From Eledone cirrhosa (lineage: Eukaryota), in NCBI GenBank assembly GCA_964016885.1, contig OZ024744.1, positions 117,676,001 to 117,740,000 on the forward strand: DNA of 64,000 bases, given 5' to 3'. The notes under the pieces were generated by a model. That model had not been told where the DNA came from. It made no database searches and was given only the letters and a program-made list of their open reading frames with translations. The stretch's first letter is position 1; each line of letters starts with the position of its first letter. The position numbers and the translations under genes were made by a program. Below are positions 1 to 15,000 of this stretch, one piece after another.

Positions 1-3000
1 GTGGTAGACCCTGTAGCAGAGGAGACGTCCTGTGTTCTTGGTCCCCAGCCCACATCCCTACTGATATGATAGGTCTGTGGTAGACCCTGTAGCAGTGGGG
101 ACTTCCTGTGTTCTTGGTCCCCAGCCCACATCCCTACTGATATGATAGGTCTGTGGTAGACCCTGTAGCAGTGGAGACGTCCTGTGTTCTTGGTCTCCAG
201 CCCACACCCCTACTGATATGATAGGTTTGTGGTAGACCCTGTAGCAGTGGGGACTTCCTGTATTCTTGGTCCCCAGCCCACATCCCTACTGATATGATAG
301 GTTTGTGGTTGCCCCTGTAGTAGTGGAGACTTACTGTATTCTTGGTCCCCAGCCCACATCCCTACTGATATGATAGGTTTGTGGTAGACCCTGTAGCAGT
401 GGAGACTTCCTGTGTTCTTGGTCCCCAGCCCACATCCCTGCTGATATGATAGGTTTGTGGTAGACCCTGTAGCAGTGGAGACTTCCTGTGTTCTTGGTCC
501 CCAGCCCACATCCCTACTGATATGATAGGTTTGTGGTAGACCCTGTAGCAGTGGAGACTTCCTGTGTTCTTGGTCCCCAGCCCACATCCCTACTGATATG
601 ATAGGTTTGTGGTAGACCCTGTAGCAGTGGAGACTTCCTGTGTTCTTGGTCCCCAGCCCACATCCCTACTGATATGATAGGTTTGTGGTAGACCCTGTAG
701 CAGTGGAGACTCCCTGTATTCTTGGTCCCCAGCCCACATCCCTACTGATATGATAGGTTTGTGGTAGAGCCTGTAGCAGTGGAGACTCCCTGTATTCTTG
801 GTCCCCAGCCCACATCCCTACTGATATGATAGGTTTGTGGTAGACCCTGTAGCAGTGGAGACTCCCTGTATTCTTGGTCCCCAGCCCACATCCCTACTGA
901 TATGATAGGTTTGTGGTAGACCCTGTAGCAGTGGAGACTCCCTGTATTCTTGGTCCCCAGCCCACATCCCTACTGATATGATAGGTTTGTGGTAGACCCT
1001 GTAGCAGTGGAGACTCCCTGTATTCTTGGTCCCCAGCCCACATCCCTACTGATATGATAGGTTTGTGGTAGACCCTGTAGCAGTGGAGACTCCCTGTATT
1101 CTTGGTCCCCAGCCCACATCCCTACTGATATGATAGGTTTGTGGTAGACCCTGTAGCCGTGGAGACTTTCTGTATTCTTGGTCCCCAGCCCACATCTCTA
1201 CTGATATGATAGGTCTGTGGTAGACCCTGTAGCAGTGGAGACTTCCTGTGTTCTTGGTCTCAAGCCCACATCCCTACTGATATGAAAGGTTTGTGGTAGA
1301 GCCTGTAGCAGTGGAGACTTCCTGTGTTCTTGGTCCCCAACCCACATCCCTACTGATATGATAGGTCTGTGGTAGACCCTGTAGCAGTGGAGACTTCCTG
1401 TGTTCTTGGTCCCCAGCCTTCATCCCTACTGATATGATAGGTCTGTGGTAGACCCTGTAGCAGTGGAGACTTCCTGTGTTCTTGGTCGCCAGCCCACATC
1501 CCTACTGATATGATAGGTCTGTGGTAGACCCTGTAGCAGTGGAGACTTCCTGTGTTCTTGGTCGCCAGCCCATATCCCTACTGATATGATAGGTCTGTGG
1601 TAGACCCTGTAGCAATGGAGACTTCCTGTGTTCTTGGTCGCCAGCCCACATCCCTACTGATATGATAGGTCTGTGGTAGACCCTGTAGCAGTGGAGACTT
1701 CCTGTGTTCTTGGTCCCCAGCCCACATCCCTACTGATATGATAGGTCTGTGGTAGACCCTTTAGCAGTGGAGACTTCCTGTGTTCTTGGTCCCCAGCCTT
1801 CATCCCTACTGATATTATAGGTTTGTGGTAGACCCTGTAGTAGTGGAGACTTCCTGTATTCTTGGTCCCCAACCCACATCCCTACTGATATGATAGGTCT
1901 GTGGTAGACCCTGTAGCAGTGGAGACTTCCTGTGTTCTTGGTCTCCAGCCCACATCCCTACTGATATGATAGGTTTGTGGTAGACCCTGTAGCAGTGGAG
2001 ACTTCCTGTGTTCTTGGTCTCCAGCCCACATCCCTACTGATATGATAGGTTTGTGGTAGACCCTGTAGCAGTGGAGACTTCCTGTGTTCTTGGTCTCCAG
2101 CCCACATCCCTACTGATATGATAGGTTTGTGGTAGACCCTGTAGCAGTGGAGACTTCCTGTGTTCTTGGTCTCCAGCCCACATCCCTACTGATATGATAG
2201 GTTTGTGGTAGACCCTGTAGCAGTGGAGACTTCCTGTGTTCTTGGTCTCCAGCCCACATCCCTACTGATATGATAGGTTTGTGGTAGACCCTGTAGCAGT
2301 GGAGACTCCCTGTGTTCTTGGTCTCCAGCCCACATCCCTACTGATATGATAGGTGTGTGGTAGACCCTGTAGCAGTGGAGACTTCCTGTGTTCTTGGTCT
2401 CCAGCCCACATCCCTACTGATATGATAGGTTTGTGGTAGACCCTGTAGCAGTGGAGACTTCCTGTGTTCTTGGTCTCCAGCCCACATCCCTACTGATATG
2501 ATAGGTCTGTGGTAGACCCTGTAGCAGTGGAAACTTCCTGTGTTCTTGGTCCCCAGCCCACGTCCCTACTGATATGATAGGTTTGTGGTAGACCCTGTAG
2601 CAGTGGAGACTTCCTGTGTTCTTGGTCCCCAACCCACATCCCTACATATATGATAGTTTTGTGGTAGACCCTGTAGCGGTGGAGACTTCCTGTGTTCTCT
2701 GTCCCCAGCCCACATCCCTACTGATATGATAGGTCTGTGGTAGACCATTTAGCAGTGGAGACTTCCTGTATTCTTGGTCCCCAGCCTTCATCCCTACTGA
2801 TATGATAGGTCTGTGGTAGACCCTGTAGCAGTGGAGACTTCCTGTATTCTTGGTCTCCAGCCCACATCCCTACTGATATTATAGGTTTGTGGTAGAGCCT
2901 GTAGCAGTGGAGACTTCCTGTGTTCTTGGTCTCCAGCCCACATCCCTACTGATATGATAGGTTTGTGGTAGACCCTGTAGCAGTGGAGACTTCCTGTATT

Positions 3001-6000
3001 CTTGGTCTCCAGCCCACATCCCTACTGATATTATAGGTTTGTGGTAGAGCCTGTAGCAGTGGAGACTTCCTGTGTTCTTGGTCTCCAGCCCACATCCCTA
3101 CTGATATGATAGGTTTGTGGTACACCCTGTAGCAGTGGAGACTTCCTGTATTCTTGGTCTCTAGGCCACATCCCTACTGATATGATAGGTTTGTGGTAGA
3201 GCCTGTAGCAGTGGAGACTTCCTGTGTTCTTGGTCTCCAGCCCACATCCCTACTGATATTATAGGTTTGTGGTAGAGCCTGTAGCAGTGGAGACTTCCTG
3301 TATTCTTGGTCTCCAGCACACATCCCTACTGATATGATAGGTTTGTGGTAGAGCCTGTAGCAGTGGAGACTTCCTGTATTCTTGGTCTCCAGCCCACATC
3401 CCTACTGATATTATAGGTTTGTGGTAGACCCTGTAGCAGTGGAGACACCCTATATTCTTGGTCCCCAGCCCACATCCCTACTGATATGATAGGTCTGTGG
3501 TAGACCCTGTAGCAGTGGAGACTTCCTGTGTTCTTGGTCCCCAGCCCACATCCCTACTGATATGATAGGTTTGTGGTAGACCCTGTAGCAGTGGAGACTT
3601 CCTGTGTTCTTGGTCCCTAGCCCACATCCCTACTGATATGATAGGTTTGTGGTAGACCCTGTAGCAATGGAGACTTCCTGTGTTCTTGGTCCCCAGCCCA
3701 CATCCCTACTGATATGATAGGTCTGTGGTAGACCCTGTAGCAATGGAGACTTCCTGTATTCTTGGTCCCCAACCCACATCCCTACTGATATGATAGGTCT
3801 GTGGTAGACCCTGTAGCAGTGGAGACTTCCTGTATTCTTGGTCCCCAGCCCACATCCCTACTGATGTGATAGGTTTGTGGTAGACCCTGTAGTAGTGGAG
3901 ACTTCCTGTGTTCTTTTTCCCCAGCCCACATCCCTACTGATATGATAGGTTTGTGGTAGACCCTGTAGCAGTGGAGACTTCCTGTATTCTTGGTCCCCAA
4001 CCCACATCCCTACTGATATGATAGGTCTGTGGTAGACCCTGTAGCAGTGGAGACTTCCTGTATTCTTGGTCCCCAGCCCACATCCCTACTGATGTGATAG
4101 GTTTGTGGTAGACCCTGTAGCAGTGGAGACTCCCTGTATTCTTGGTCCCCAGCCCACATCCCTACTGATGTGATAGGTTTGTGGTAGACCCTGTAGTAGT
4201 GGAGACTTCCTGTGTTCTTTTTCCCCAGCCCACATCCCTACTGATATGATAGGTTTGTGGTAGACCCTGTAGCAGTGGAGACTTCCTGTATTCTTGGTCC
4301 CCAACCCACATCCCTACTGATATGATAGGTCTGTGGTAGACCCTGTAGCAGTGGAGACTTCCTGTATTCTTGGTCCCCAGCCCACATCCCTACTGATGTG
4401 ATAGGTTTGTGGTAGACCCTGTAGTAGTGGAGACTTCCTGTGTTCTTTTTCCCCAGCCCACATCCCTACTGATATGATAGGTTTGTGGTAGACCCTGTAG
4501 CAGTGGAGACTTCCTGTGTTCTTTTTCCCCAGCCCACATCCCTACTGATATGATAGGTTTCTTGTAGACCCTGTAGCAGTGGAGACTTCCTGTGTTCTTG
4601 GTCCCCAGCCTTCATCCCTACTGATATTATAGGTTTGTGGTAGAGCCTGTAGCAGTGGAGACTTCCTGTGTTCTTTTTCCCCAGCCCACATCCCTACTGA
4701 TATGATAGGTTTCTTGTAGACCCTGTAGCAGTGGAGACTTCCTGTATTCTTGGTCCCCAGCCCACATCCTTCTGATATGATAGGTCTGTGGTAGACCCTG
4801 TAGCAGTGGAGACTTCCTGTATTCTTGGTCCCCAGCCCATATCCCTACTGATATGATAGGTTTGTGGTAGAGCCTGTGGCAGTGGAGACTTCCTGTGTTC
4901 TTGGTCCCCAGCCCACATCCCTACTGATATGATAGGTCTGTGGTAGAGCCTGTAGCAGTGGAGACTTCCTGTGTTCTTGGTCTCCAGCCCACATCCCTAC
5001 TGATATGATAGGTTTGTGGTAGACCCTGTAGCAGTGGAGACTTCCTGTGTTCTTGGTCTCCAGGCCACATCCCTACTGATATGATAGGTCTGTGGTAGAG
5101 CCTGTAGCAGTGGAGACTTCCTGTGCTCTTGGTCTCCAGCCCACATCCTTCTGATATGATAGGTCTGTGGTAGACCCTGTAGCAGTGGAGACTTCCTGTA
5201 TTCTTGGTCCCCAGCCCATATCCCTACTGATATGATAGGTTTGTGGTAGACCCTGTAGCAGTGGAGACTTCCTGTGTTCTTGGTCCCCAGCCCACATCCC
5301 TACTGATATGATATGTCTGTGGTAGACCCTGTAGCAGTGGAGACTTCCTGTGTTCTTGGTCCCCAGCCCACATCCCTACTGATATGATAGGTCTGTGGTA
5401 GACCCTGTAGCAGTGGGGACTTCCTGTATTCTTGGTCCCCAGCCCACATCCTTCTGATATGATAGGTCTGTGGTAGACCCTGTAGCAGTGGAGACTTCCT
5501 GTGTTCTTGGTCCCCAGCCCACATCCCTACTGATATGATAGGTCTGTGGTAGACCCTGTAGCAGTGGAGACTTCCTGTATTCTTGGTCTCCAGCCCACAT
5601 CCTTCTGATATGATAGGTCTGTGGTAGACCCTGTAGCAGTGGAGACTTCCTGTATTCTTGGTCCCCAACCCACATCCCTACTGATATGATAGGTTTGTGG
5701 TAGAGCCTGTAGCAGTGGAGACTTCCTGTGTTCTTGGTCCCCAACCCACATCCCTACTGATATGATAGGTTTGTGGTAGACCCTGTAGCAGTGGAGACTT
5801 ACTGTATTCTTGGTCGCCAGCCCACATCCCTACTGATATGAAAGGTTTGTGGTAGACCCTGTAGCAGTGGAGACTTCCTGTATTCTTGGTCCCCAGCCCA
5901 TATCCCTACTGATATGATAGGTTTGTGGTAGACCCTGTAGCAGTGGAGACTTCCTGTGTTCTTGGTCCCCAGCCCACATCCCTACTGATATGATAGGTCT

Positions 6001-9000
6001 GTGGTAGACCCTGTAGCAGTGGAGACTTCCTGTGTTCTTGGTCCCCAGCCCACATCCCTACTGATATGATAGGTCTGTGGTAGACCCTGTAGCAGTGGAG
6101 ACTTCCTGTATTCTTGGTCCCCAGCCCACATCCCTACTGATATGATAGGTCTGAGGTAGACCCTGTAGCAGTGGAGACTCCCTGTATTCTTGGTCCCCAG
6201 CCCACATCCCTACTGATATGAAAGGTTTGTGGTAGACCCTGTAGGAGTGGAGACTCCCTGTATTCTTGGTCCCCAGCCCACATCCCTACTGATATGAAAG
6301 GTTTGTGGTAGACCCTGTAGCAGTGGAGACTCCCTGTATTCTTGGTCCCCAGCCCACATCCCTACTGATATGATAGGTCTGTGGTAGACACTGTAGCAGT
6401 GGAGACTTCCTGTGTTCTTGGTCCCCAACCCACATCCCTACTGATATGATAGGTTTGTGGTAGACCCTGTGGCAGTGGAGACTTCCTGTGTTCTTGGTCC
6501 CCAGCCCACATCCCTACTGATATGATAGGTTTGTGGTAGACCCTGTAGCAGTGGAGACTTCCTGTGTTCTTGGTCTCCAGCCCACATCTCTACTGATATG
6601 ATAGGTTTGTGGTAGACCCTGTAGCGGTGGAGACTTCCTGTGTTCTTGGTCCCCAACCCACATCCCTACTGATATGATAGGTTTGTGGTAGACCCTGTAG
6701 CAGTGGAGACTTCCTGTGTTCTTGGTCTCCAGCCCACATCCCTACTGATATGATAGGTCTGTGGTAGACCCTGTAGCAGTGGAGACTTCCTGTGTTCTTG
6801 GTCCCCAGCCCACATCCCTACTGATATGATAGGTCTGTGGTAGACCCTGTAGCAGTGGAGACTTCCTGTGTTCTTGGTCTCCAGCCCACATCCCTACTGA
6901 TATGATAGGTCTGTGGTAGACCCTGTAGCAGTGGAGACTTCCTGTGTTCTTGGTCTCCAGCCCACATCCCTACTGATAGGTTTGTGGTAGACCCTGTAGC
7001 GGTGGAGACTTCCTGTATTCTTGGTCCCCAGCCCACATCCCTACTGATATTATAGGTCTGTGGTAGACCCTGTAGCAGTGGAGACTTCCTGTATTCTTGG
7101 TCCCCAGCCCACATCCCTACTGATATGAAAGGTTTGTGGTAGACCCTGTAGCAGTGGAGACTCCCTGTATTCTTGGTCCCCAGCCCACATCCCTACTGAT
7201 ATTATAGGTCTGTGGTAGACCCTGTAGCAGTGGAGACTTCCTGTATTCTTGGTCCCCAGCCCACATCCCTACTGATATGATAGGTCTGTGGTAGACCCTG
7301 TAGCAGTGGAGACTCCCTGTATTCTTGGTCCCCAGCCCACATCCCTACTGATATGAAAGGTTTGTGGTAGACCCTGTAGCAGTGGAGACTCCCTGTATTC
7401 TTGGTCCCCAGCCCACATCCCTACTGATATGATAGGTTTGTGGTAGACTCTGTAGCAGTGGAGACTCCCTGTATTCTTGGTCCCCAGCCCACACCCCTAC
7501 TGATATGATAGGTTTGTGGTAGACCCTGTAGCAGTGGAGACTTCCTGTGTTCTTGGTCCCCAGCCCACATCCCTACTGATATGATAGGTCTGTGGTAGAC
7601 CCTGTAGCAGTGGAGACTTCCTGTGTTCTTGGTCCCCAGCCCACATCCCTACTGATATGATAGGTCTGTGGTAGACCCTGTAGCAGTGGAGACTTCCTGT
7701 GTTCTTGGTCCCCAGCCTTCATCCCTACTGATATGATAGGTTTCTTGTAGACCCTGTAGCAGTGGAGACTCCCTGTATTCTTGGTCCCCAGCCCACATCC
7801 CTACTGATATGAAAGGTTTGTGGTAGACCCTGTAGTAGTGGAGACTTCCTGTGTTCTTGGTCCCCAGCCCACATCCCTACTGATATGATAGGTCTGTAGT
7901 AGAGCCTGTAGCAGTGGAGACTTCCTGTGTTCTTGGTCCCCAGCCCACATCCCTACTGATATGATAGGTCTGTGGTAGACCCTGTAGCAGTGGAGACTTC
8001 CTGTGTTCTTGGTCCCCAGCCCACATCCCTACTGATATGAAAGGTTTGTGGTAGACCCTGTAGCAGTGGAGACTTCCTGTATTCTTGGTCCCCAGCCCAC
8101 ATCCCTACTGATATGATAGGTCTGTGGTAGACCCTGTAGCAGTGGAGACTTCCTGTGTTCTTGGTCCCCAGCCTTCATCCCTACTGATATGATAGGTTTC
8201 TTGTAGACCCTGTAGCAGTGGAGACTCCCTGTATTCTTGGTCCCCAGCCCACATCCCTACTGATATGATAGGTCTGTGGTAGACCCTGTAGCAGTGGAGA
8301 CTTCCTGTGTTCTTGGTCCCCAGCCCACATCCCTACTGATATGAAAGGTTTGTGGTAGACCCTGTAGCAGTGGAGACTTCCTGTATTCTTGGTCCCCAGC
8401 CCACATCCCTACTGATATGATAGGTCTGTGGTAGACCCTGTAGCAGTGGAGACTTCCTGTGTTCTTGGTCCCCAGCCCACATCCCTACTGATATGAAAGG
8501 TTTGTGGTAGACCCTGTAGCAGTGGAGACTTGCTGTGTTCTTGGTCCCCAGCCCACATCCCTACTGATATGATAGGTTTGTGGTAGACCCTGTAGCAGTG
8601 GAGACTTCCTGTGTTCTTGGTCTCCAGCCCACATCCTTCTGATATGATAGGTCTGTGGTAGACCCTGTAGTAGTGGAGACTTCCTGTGTTCTTGGTCCCC
8701 AGCCCACATCCCTACTGATATGATAGGTTTGTGGTAGACCCTGTAGTAGTGGAGACTTCCTGTGTTCTTGGTCCCCAGCCCACATCCCTACTGATATGAT
8801 AGATTTGTGGTAGACCCTGTAGTAGTGGAGACTTCCTGTGTTCTTGGTCCCCAGCCCACATCCCTACTGATATGATAGGTTTGTGGTAGACCCTGTAGTA
8901 GTGGAGACTTCCTGTGTTCTTGGTCCCCAGCCCACATCCCTACTGATATGATAGGTCTGTGGTAGAGCCTGTAGCAGTGGAGACTTCCTGTGTTCTTGGT

Positions 9001-12000
9001 CCCCAGCCCATATCCCTACTGATATGATAGGTTTGTGGAAAGACCCTGTAGCAGTGGAGAGTTCCTGTATACTTGGTCCCCAGCCCACATCCCTACTGAT
9101 ATGATAGGTCTGTGGTAGACCCTGTAGCAGTGGAGACTTCCTGTGTTCTTGGTCCCCAGCCCACATCCCTACTGATATGATAGGTTTGTGGTAGACCCTG
9201 TAGCAGTGGAGACTTCCTGTGTTCTTTTTCCCCAGCCCACATCCCTACTGATATGATAGGTTTCTTGTAGACCCTGTAGCAGTGGAGACTTCCTGTGTTC
9301 TTGGTCCCCAGCCTTCATCCCTACTGATATGATAGGTTTGTGGTAGACCCTGTAGCAGTGGAGACTTCCTGTGTTCTTGGTCCCCAGCCCACATCCCTAC
9401 TGATATGATAGGTTTGTGGTAGAGCCTGTAGCAGTGGAGACTTCCTGTGTTCTTTTTCCCCAGCCCACATCCCTACTGATATGATAGGTTTCTTGTAGAC
9501 CCTGTAGCAGTGGAGACTTCCTGTATTCTTGGTCCCCAGCCCACATCCTTCTGATATGATAGGTCTGTGGTAGACCCTGTAGCAGTGGAGACTTCCTGTA
9601 TTCTTGGTCCCCAGCCCATATCCCTACTGATATGATAGGTTTGTGGTAGACCCTGTAGCAGTGGAGACTTCCTGTGTTCTTGGTCCCCAGCCCACATCCC
9701 TACTGATATGATATGTCTGTGGTAGACCCTGTAGCAGTGGAGACTTCCTGTGTTCTTGGTCCCCAGCCCACATCCCTACTGATATGATAGGTCTGTGGTA
9801 GACCCTGTAGCAGTGGGGACTTCCTGTATTCTTGGTCCCCAGCCCACATCCTTCTGATATGATAGGTCTGTGGTAGACCCTGTAGCAGTGGAGACTTCCT
9901 GTGTTCTTGGTCCCCAGCCCACATCCCTACTGATATGATAGGTCTGTGGTAGACCCTGTAGCAGTGGAGACTTCCTGTATTCTTGGTCTCCAGCCCACAT
10001 CCTTCTGATATGATAGGTCTGTGGTAGACCCTGTAGCAGTGGAGACTTCCTGTATTCTTGGTCCCCAACCCACATCCCTACTGATATGATAGGTTTGTGG
10101 TAGAGCCTGTAGCAGTGGAGACTTCCTGTGTTCTTGGTCCCCAACCCACATCCCTACTGATATGATAGGTTTGTGGTAGACCCTGTAGCAGTGGAGACTT
10201 ACTGTATTCTTGGTCGCCAGCCCACATCCCTACTGATATGAAAGGTTTGTGGTAGACCCTGTAGCAGTGGAGACTTCCTGTATTCTTGGTCCCCAGCCCA
10301 TATCCCTACTGATATGATAGGTTTGTGGTAGACCCTGTAGCAGTGGAGACTTCCTGTGTTCTTGGTCCCCAGCCCACATCCCTACTGATATGATAGGTCT
10401 GTGGTAGACCCTGTAGCAGTGGAGACTTCCTGTATTCTTGGTCCCCAGCCCACATCCCTACTGATATGATAGGTCTGAGGTAGACCCTGTAGCAGTGGAG
10501 ACTCCCTGTATTCTTGGTCCCCAGCCCACATCCCTACTGATATGAAAGGTTTGTGGTAGACCCTGTAGGAGTGGAGACTCCCTGTATTCTTGGTCCCCAG
10601 CCCACATCCCTACTGATATGAAAGGTTTGTGGTAGACCCTGTAGCAGTGGAGACTCCCTGTATTCTTGGTCCCCAGCCCACATCCCTACTGATATGATAG
10701 GTTTGTGGTAGACCCTGTAGCAGTGGAGACTTCCTGTGTTCTTGGTCCCCAACCCACATCCCTACTGATATGATAGGTCTGTGGTAGACCCTGTAGCAGA
10801 GGAGACTCCCTGTGTTCTTGGTCTCCAGCACACATCCCTACTGATATGATAGGTCTGTGGTAGACCCTGTAGGAGTGGAGACTCCCTGTATTCTTGGTCC
10901 CCAGCCCACATCCCTACTGATATGATAGGTTTGTGGTAGACCCTGTAGCAGTGGAGACTTCCTGTGTTCTTGGTCCCCAGCCCACATCCCTACTGATATG
11001 ATAGGTCTGTGGTAGACCCTGTAGCAGTGGAGACTTCCTGTGTTCTTGGTCCCCAGCCCACATCCCTACTGATATGATAGGTTTGTGGTAGACCCTGTAG
11101 CAGTGGAGACTTCCTGTGTTCTTGGTCCCCAGCCCACATCCCTACTGATATGATAGGTCTATGGTAGACACTGTAGCAGTGGAGACTTCCTGTGTTCTTG
11201 GTCCCCAACCCACATCCCTACTGATATGATAGGTTTGTGGTAGACCCTGTAGCAGTGGAGACTTCCTGTGTTCTTGGTCTCCAGCCCACATCTCTACTGA
11301 TATGATAGGTTTGTGGTAGACCCTGTAGCGGTGGAGACTTCCTGTGTTCTTGGTCCCCAACCCACATCCCTACTGATATGATAGGTTTGTGGTAGACCCT
11401 GTAGCAGTGGAGACTTCCTGTGTTCTTGGTCTCCAGCCCACATCCCTACTGATATGATAGGTCTGTGGTAGACCCTGTAGCAGTGGAGACTTCCTGTGTT
11501 CTTGGTCCCCAGCCCACATCCCTACTGATATGATAGGTCTGTGGTAGACCCTGTAGCAGTGGAGACTTCCTGTGTTCTTGGTCTCCAGCCCACATCCCTA
11601 CTGATATGATAGGTCTGTGGTAGACCCTGTAGCAGTGGAGACTTCCTGTGTTCTTGGTCTCCAGCCCACATCCCTACTGATAGGTTTGTGGTAGACCCTG
11701 TAGCGGTGGAGACTTCCTGTATTCTTGGTCCCCAGCCCACATCCCTACTGATATTATAGGTCTGTGGTAGACCCTGTAGCAGTGGAGACTTCCTGTATTC
11801 TTGGTCCCCAGCCCACATCCCTACTGATATGAAAGGTTTGTGGTAGACCCTGTAGCAGTGGAGACTCCCTGTATTCTTGGTCCCCAGCCCACATCCCTAC
11901 TGATATTATAGGTCTGTGGTAGACCCTGTAGCAGTGGAGACTTCCTGTATTCTTGGTCCCCAGCCCACATCCCTACTGATATGATAGGTCTGTGGTAGAC

Positions 12001-15000
12001 CCTGTAGCAGTGGAGACTCCCTGTATTCTTGGTCCCCAGCCCACATCCCTACTGATATGAAAGGTTTGTGGTAGACCCTGTAGCAGTGGAGACTCCCTGT
12101 ATTCTTGGTCCCCAGCCCACATCCCTACTGATATGATAGGTTTGTGGTAGACTCTGTAGCAGTGGAGACTCCCTGTATTCTTGGTCCCCAGCCCACACCC
12201 CTACTGATATGATAGGTTTGTGGTAGACCCTGTAGCAGTGGAGACTTCCTGTGTTCTTGGTCCCCAGCCCACATCCCTACTGATATGATAGGTCTGTGGT
12301 AGACCCTGTAGCAGTGGAGACTTCCTGTGTTCTTGGTCCCCAGCCCACATCCCTACTGATATGATAGGTCTGTGGTAGACCCTGTAGCAGTGGAGACTTC
12401 CTGTGTTCTTGGTCCCCAGCCTTCATCCCTACTGATATGATAGGTTTCTTGTAGACCCTGTAGCAGTGGAGACTCCCTGTATTCTTGGTCCCCAGCCCAC
12501 ATCCCTACTGATATGAAAGGTTTGTGGTAGACCCTGTAGTAGTGGAGACTTCCTGTGTTCTTGGTCCCCAGCCCACATCCCTACTGATATGATAGGTCTG
12601 TAGTAGAGCCTGTAGCAGTGGAGACTTCCTGTGTTCTTGGTCCCCAGCCCACATCCCTACTGATATGATAGGTCTGTGGTAGACCCTGTAGCAGTGGAGA
12701 CTTCCTGTATTCTTGGTCTCTAGGCCACATCCCTACTGATATGATAGGTTTGTGGTAGACCCTGTAGCAGTGGAGACTTCCTGTGTTCTTGGTCCCCAGC
12801 CCACATCCCTACTGATATGATAGGTCTGTGGTAGACCCTGTAGCAGTGGAGACTTCCTGTGTTCTTGGTCCCCAGCCTTCATCCCTACTGATATGATAGG
12901 TTTCTTGTAGACCCTGTAGCAGTGGAGACTCCCTGTATTCTTGGTCCCCAGCCCACATCCCTACTGATATGATAGGTCTGTGGTAGACCCTGTAGCAGTG
13001 GAGACTTCCTGTGTTCTTGGTCCCCAGCCCACATCCCTACTGATATGAAAGGTTTGTGGTAGACCCTGTAGCAGTGGAGACTTCCTGTATTCTTGGTCCC
13101 CAGCCCACATCCCTACTGATATGATAGGTCTGTGGTAGACCCTGTAGCAGTGGAGACTTCCTGTGTTCTTGGTCCCCAGCCCACATCCCTACTGATATGA
13201 AAGGTTTGTGGTAGACCCTGTAGCAGTGGAGACTTGCTGTGTTCTTGGTCCCCAGCCCACATCCCTACTGATATGATAGGTTTGTGGTAGACCCTGTAGC
13301 AGTGGAGACTTCCTGTGTTCTTGGTCTCAAGCCCACATCTCTACTGATATGATAGGTCTGTGGTAGACCCTGTAGCAGTGGAGACTTCCTGTATACTTGG
13401 TCCCCAGCCCACATCCCTACTGATATGATAGGTCTGTGGTAGACACTGTAGCAGTGGAGACTTCCTGTGTTCTTGGTCCCCAGCCCACATCCCTACTGAT
13501 ATGAAAGGTTTGTGGTAGACCCTGTAGCAGTGGAGACTTGCTGTGTTCTTGGTCCCCAGCCCACATCCCTACTGATATGATAGGTTTGTGGTAGACCCTG
13601 TAGCAGTGGAGACTTCCTGTGTTCTTGGTCTCCAGCCCACATCCTTCTGATATGATAGGTCTGTGGTAGACCCTGTAGTAGTGGAGACTTCCTGTGTTCT
13701 TGGTCCCCAGCCCACATCCCTACTGATATGATAGGTTTGTGGTAGACCCTGTAGTAGTGGAGACTTCCTGTGTTCTTGGTCCCCAGCCCACATCCCTACT
13801 GATATGATAGATTTGTGGTAGACCCTGTAGTAGTGGAGACTTCCTGTGTTCTTGGTCCCCAGCCCACATCCCTACTGATATGATAGGTTTGTGGTAGACC
13901 CTGTAGTAGTGGAGACTTCCTGTGTTCTTGGTCCCCAGCCCACATCCCTACTGATATGATAGGTCTGTGGTAGAGCCTGTAGCAGTGGAGACTTCCTGTG
14001 TTCTTGGTCCCCAGCCCATATCCCTACTGATATGATAGGTTTGTGGAAAGACCCTGTAGCAGTGGAGAGTTCCTGTATACTTGGTCCCCAGCCCACATCC
14101 CTACTGATATGATAGGTCTGTGGTAGACCCTGTAGCAGTGGAGACTTCCTGTGTTCTTGGTCCCCAGCCCACATCCCTACTGATATGATAGGTCTGTGTA
14201 AGACCCTGTAGCAGTGGAGACTTCCTGTGTTCTTGGTCTCCAGCCCACATCCCTACTGATATGAAAGGTTTGTGGTAGACCCTGTAGCAGTGGGGACTTC
14301 CTGTATTCTTGGTCCCCAGCCCACATCCCTACTGATGTGATAGGTTTGTGGTAGACCCTGTAGTAGTGGAGACTTCCTGTGTTCTTGGTCCCCAGCCCAC
14401 ATCCCTACTGATATGATAGGTCTGTGGTAGACCCTGTAGCAGTGGAAACTTCCTCGGTTCTTGGTCCCCAGCCCACATCCCTACTGATATGATAGGTCTG
14501 TGGTAGACCCTGTAGCAGTGGAGACTTACTGTGTTCTTGGTCCCCAACCCACATCCCTACTGATATGATAGGTTTGTGGTAGACCCTGTAGCAGTGGAGA
14601 CTTACTGTGTTCTTGGTCCCCAACCCACATCCCTACTGATATGATAGGTCTGTGGTAGACCCTGTAGCAGTGGAGACTTACTGTGTTCTTGGTCCCCAAC
14701 CCACATCCCTACTGATATGATAGGATTGTGGTAGACCCTGTAGCAGTGGAGACTTCCTGTGTTCTTGGTCTCCAGCCCACATCCCTACTGATATGATAGG
14801 TCTGTGGTAGACCCTGTAGTAGTGGAGACTTCCTGTGTTCTTGGTCTCCAGCCCACATCCCTACTGATATGATAGGTCTGTGGTAGACCCTGTAGTAGTG
14901 GAGACTTCCTGTGTTCTTGGTCTCAAGCCCACATCCCTACTGATATGATAGGTCTGTGGTAGACCCTGTAGTAGTGGAGACTTCCTGTGTTCTTGGTCTC

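Noticed and set aside
61-136. Hammerhead ribozyme in the 76-mer (CTGATATGA ... GGAGAC/GGAAAC)
   Set aside because: The core is not CUGANGA, GAAA occurs only in a minority variant, and no stem I can be formed.
61-140. Tandem tRNA genes or box C/D snoRNAs (76-nt length, CTGA, and loose complementarity of CCCAGCCCACATCCCTA to a conserved LSU rRNA segment as I recall it)
   Set aside because: There is no cloverleaf or proper B-box, the C box is poor, and the rRNA match needs a gap and mismatches, so it is compatible with chance.
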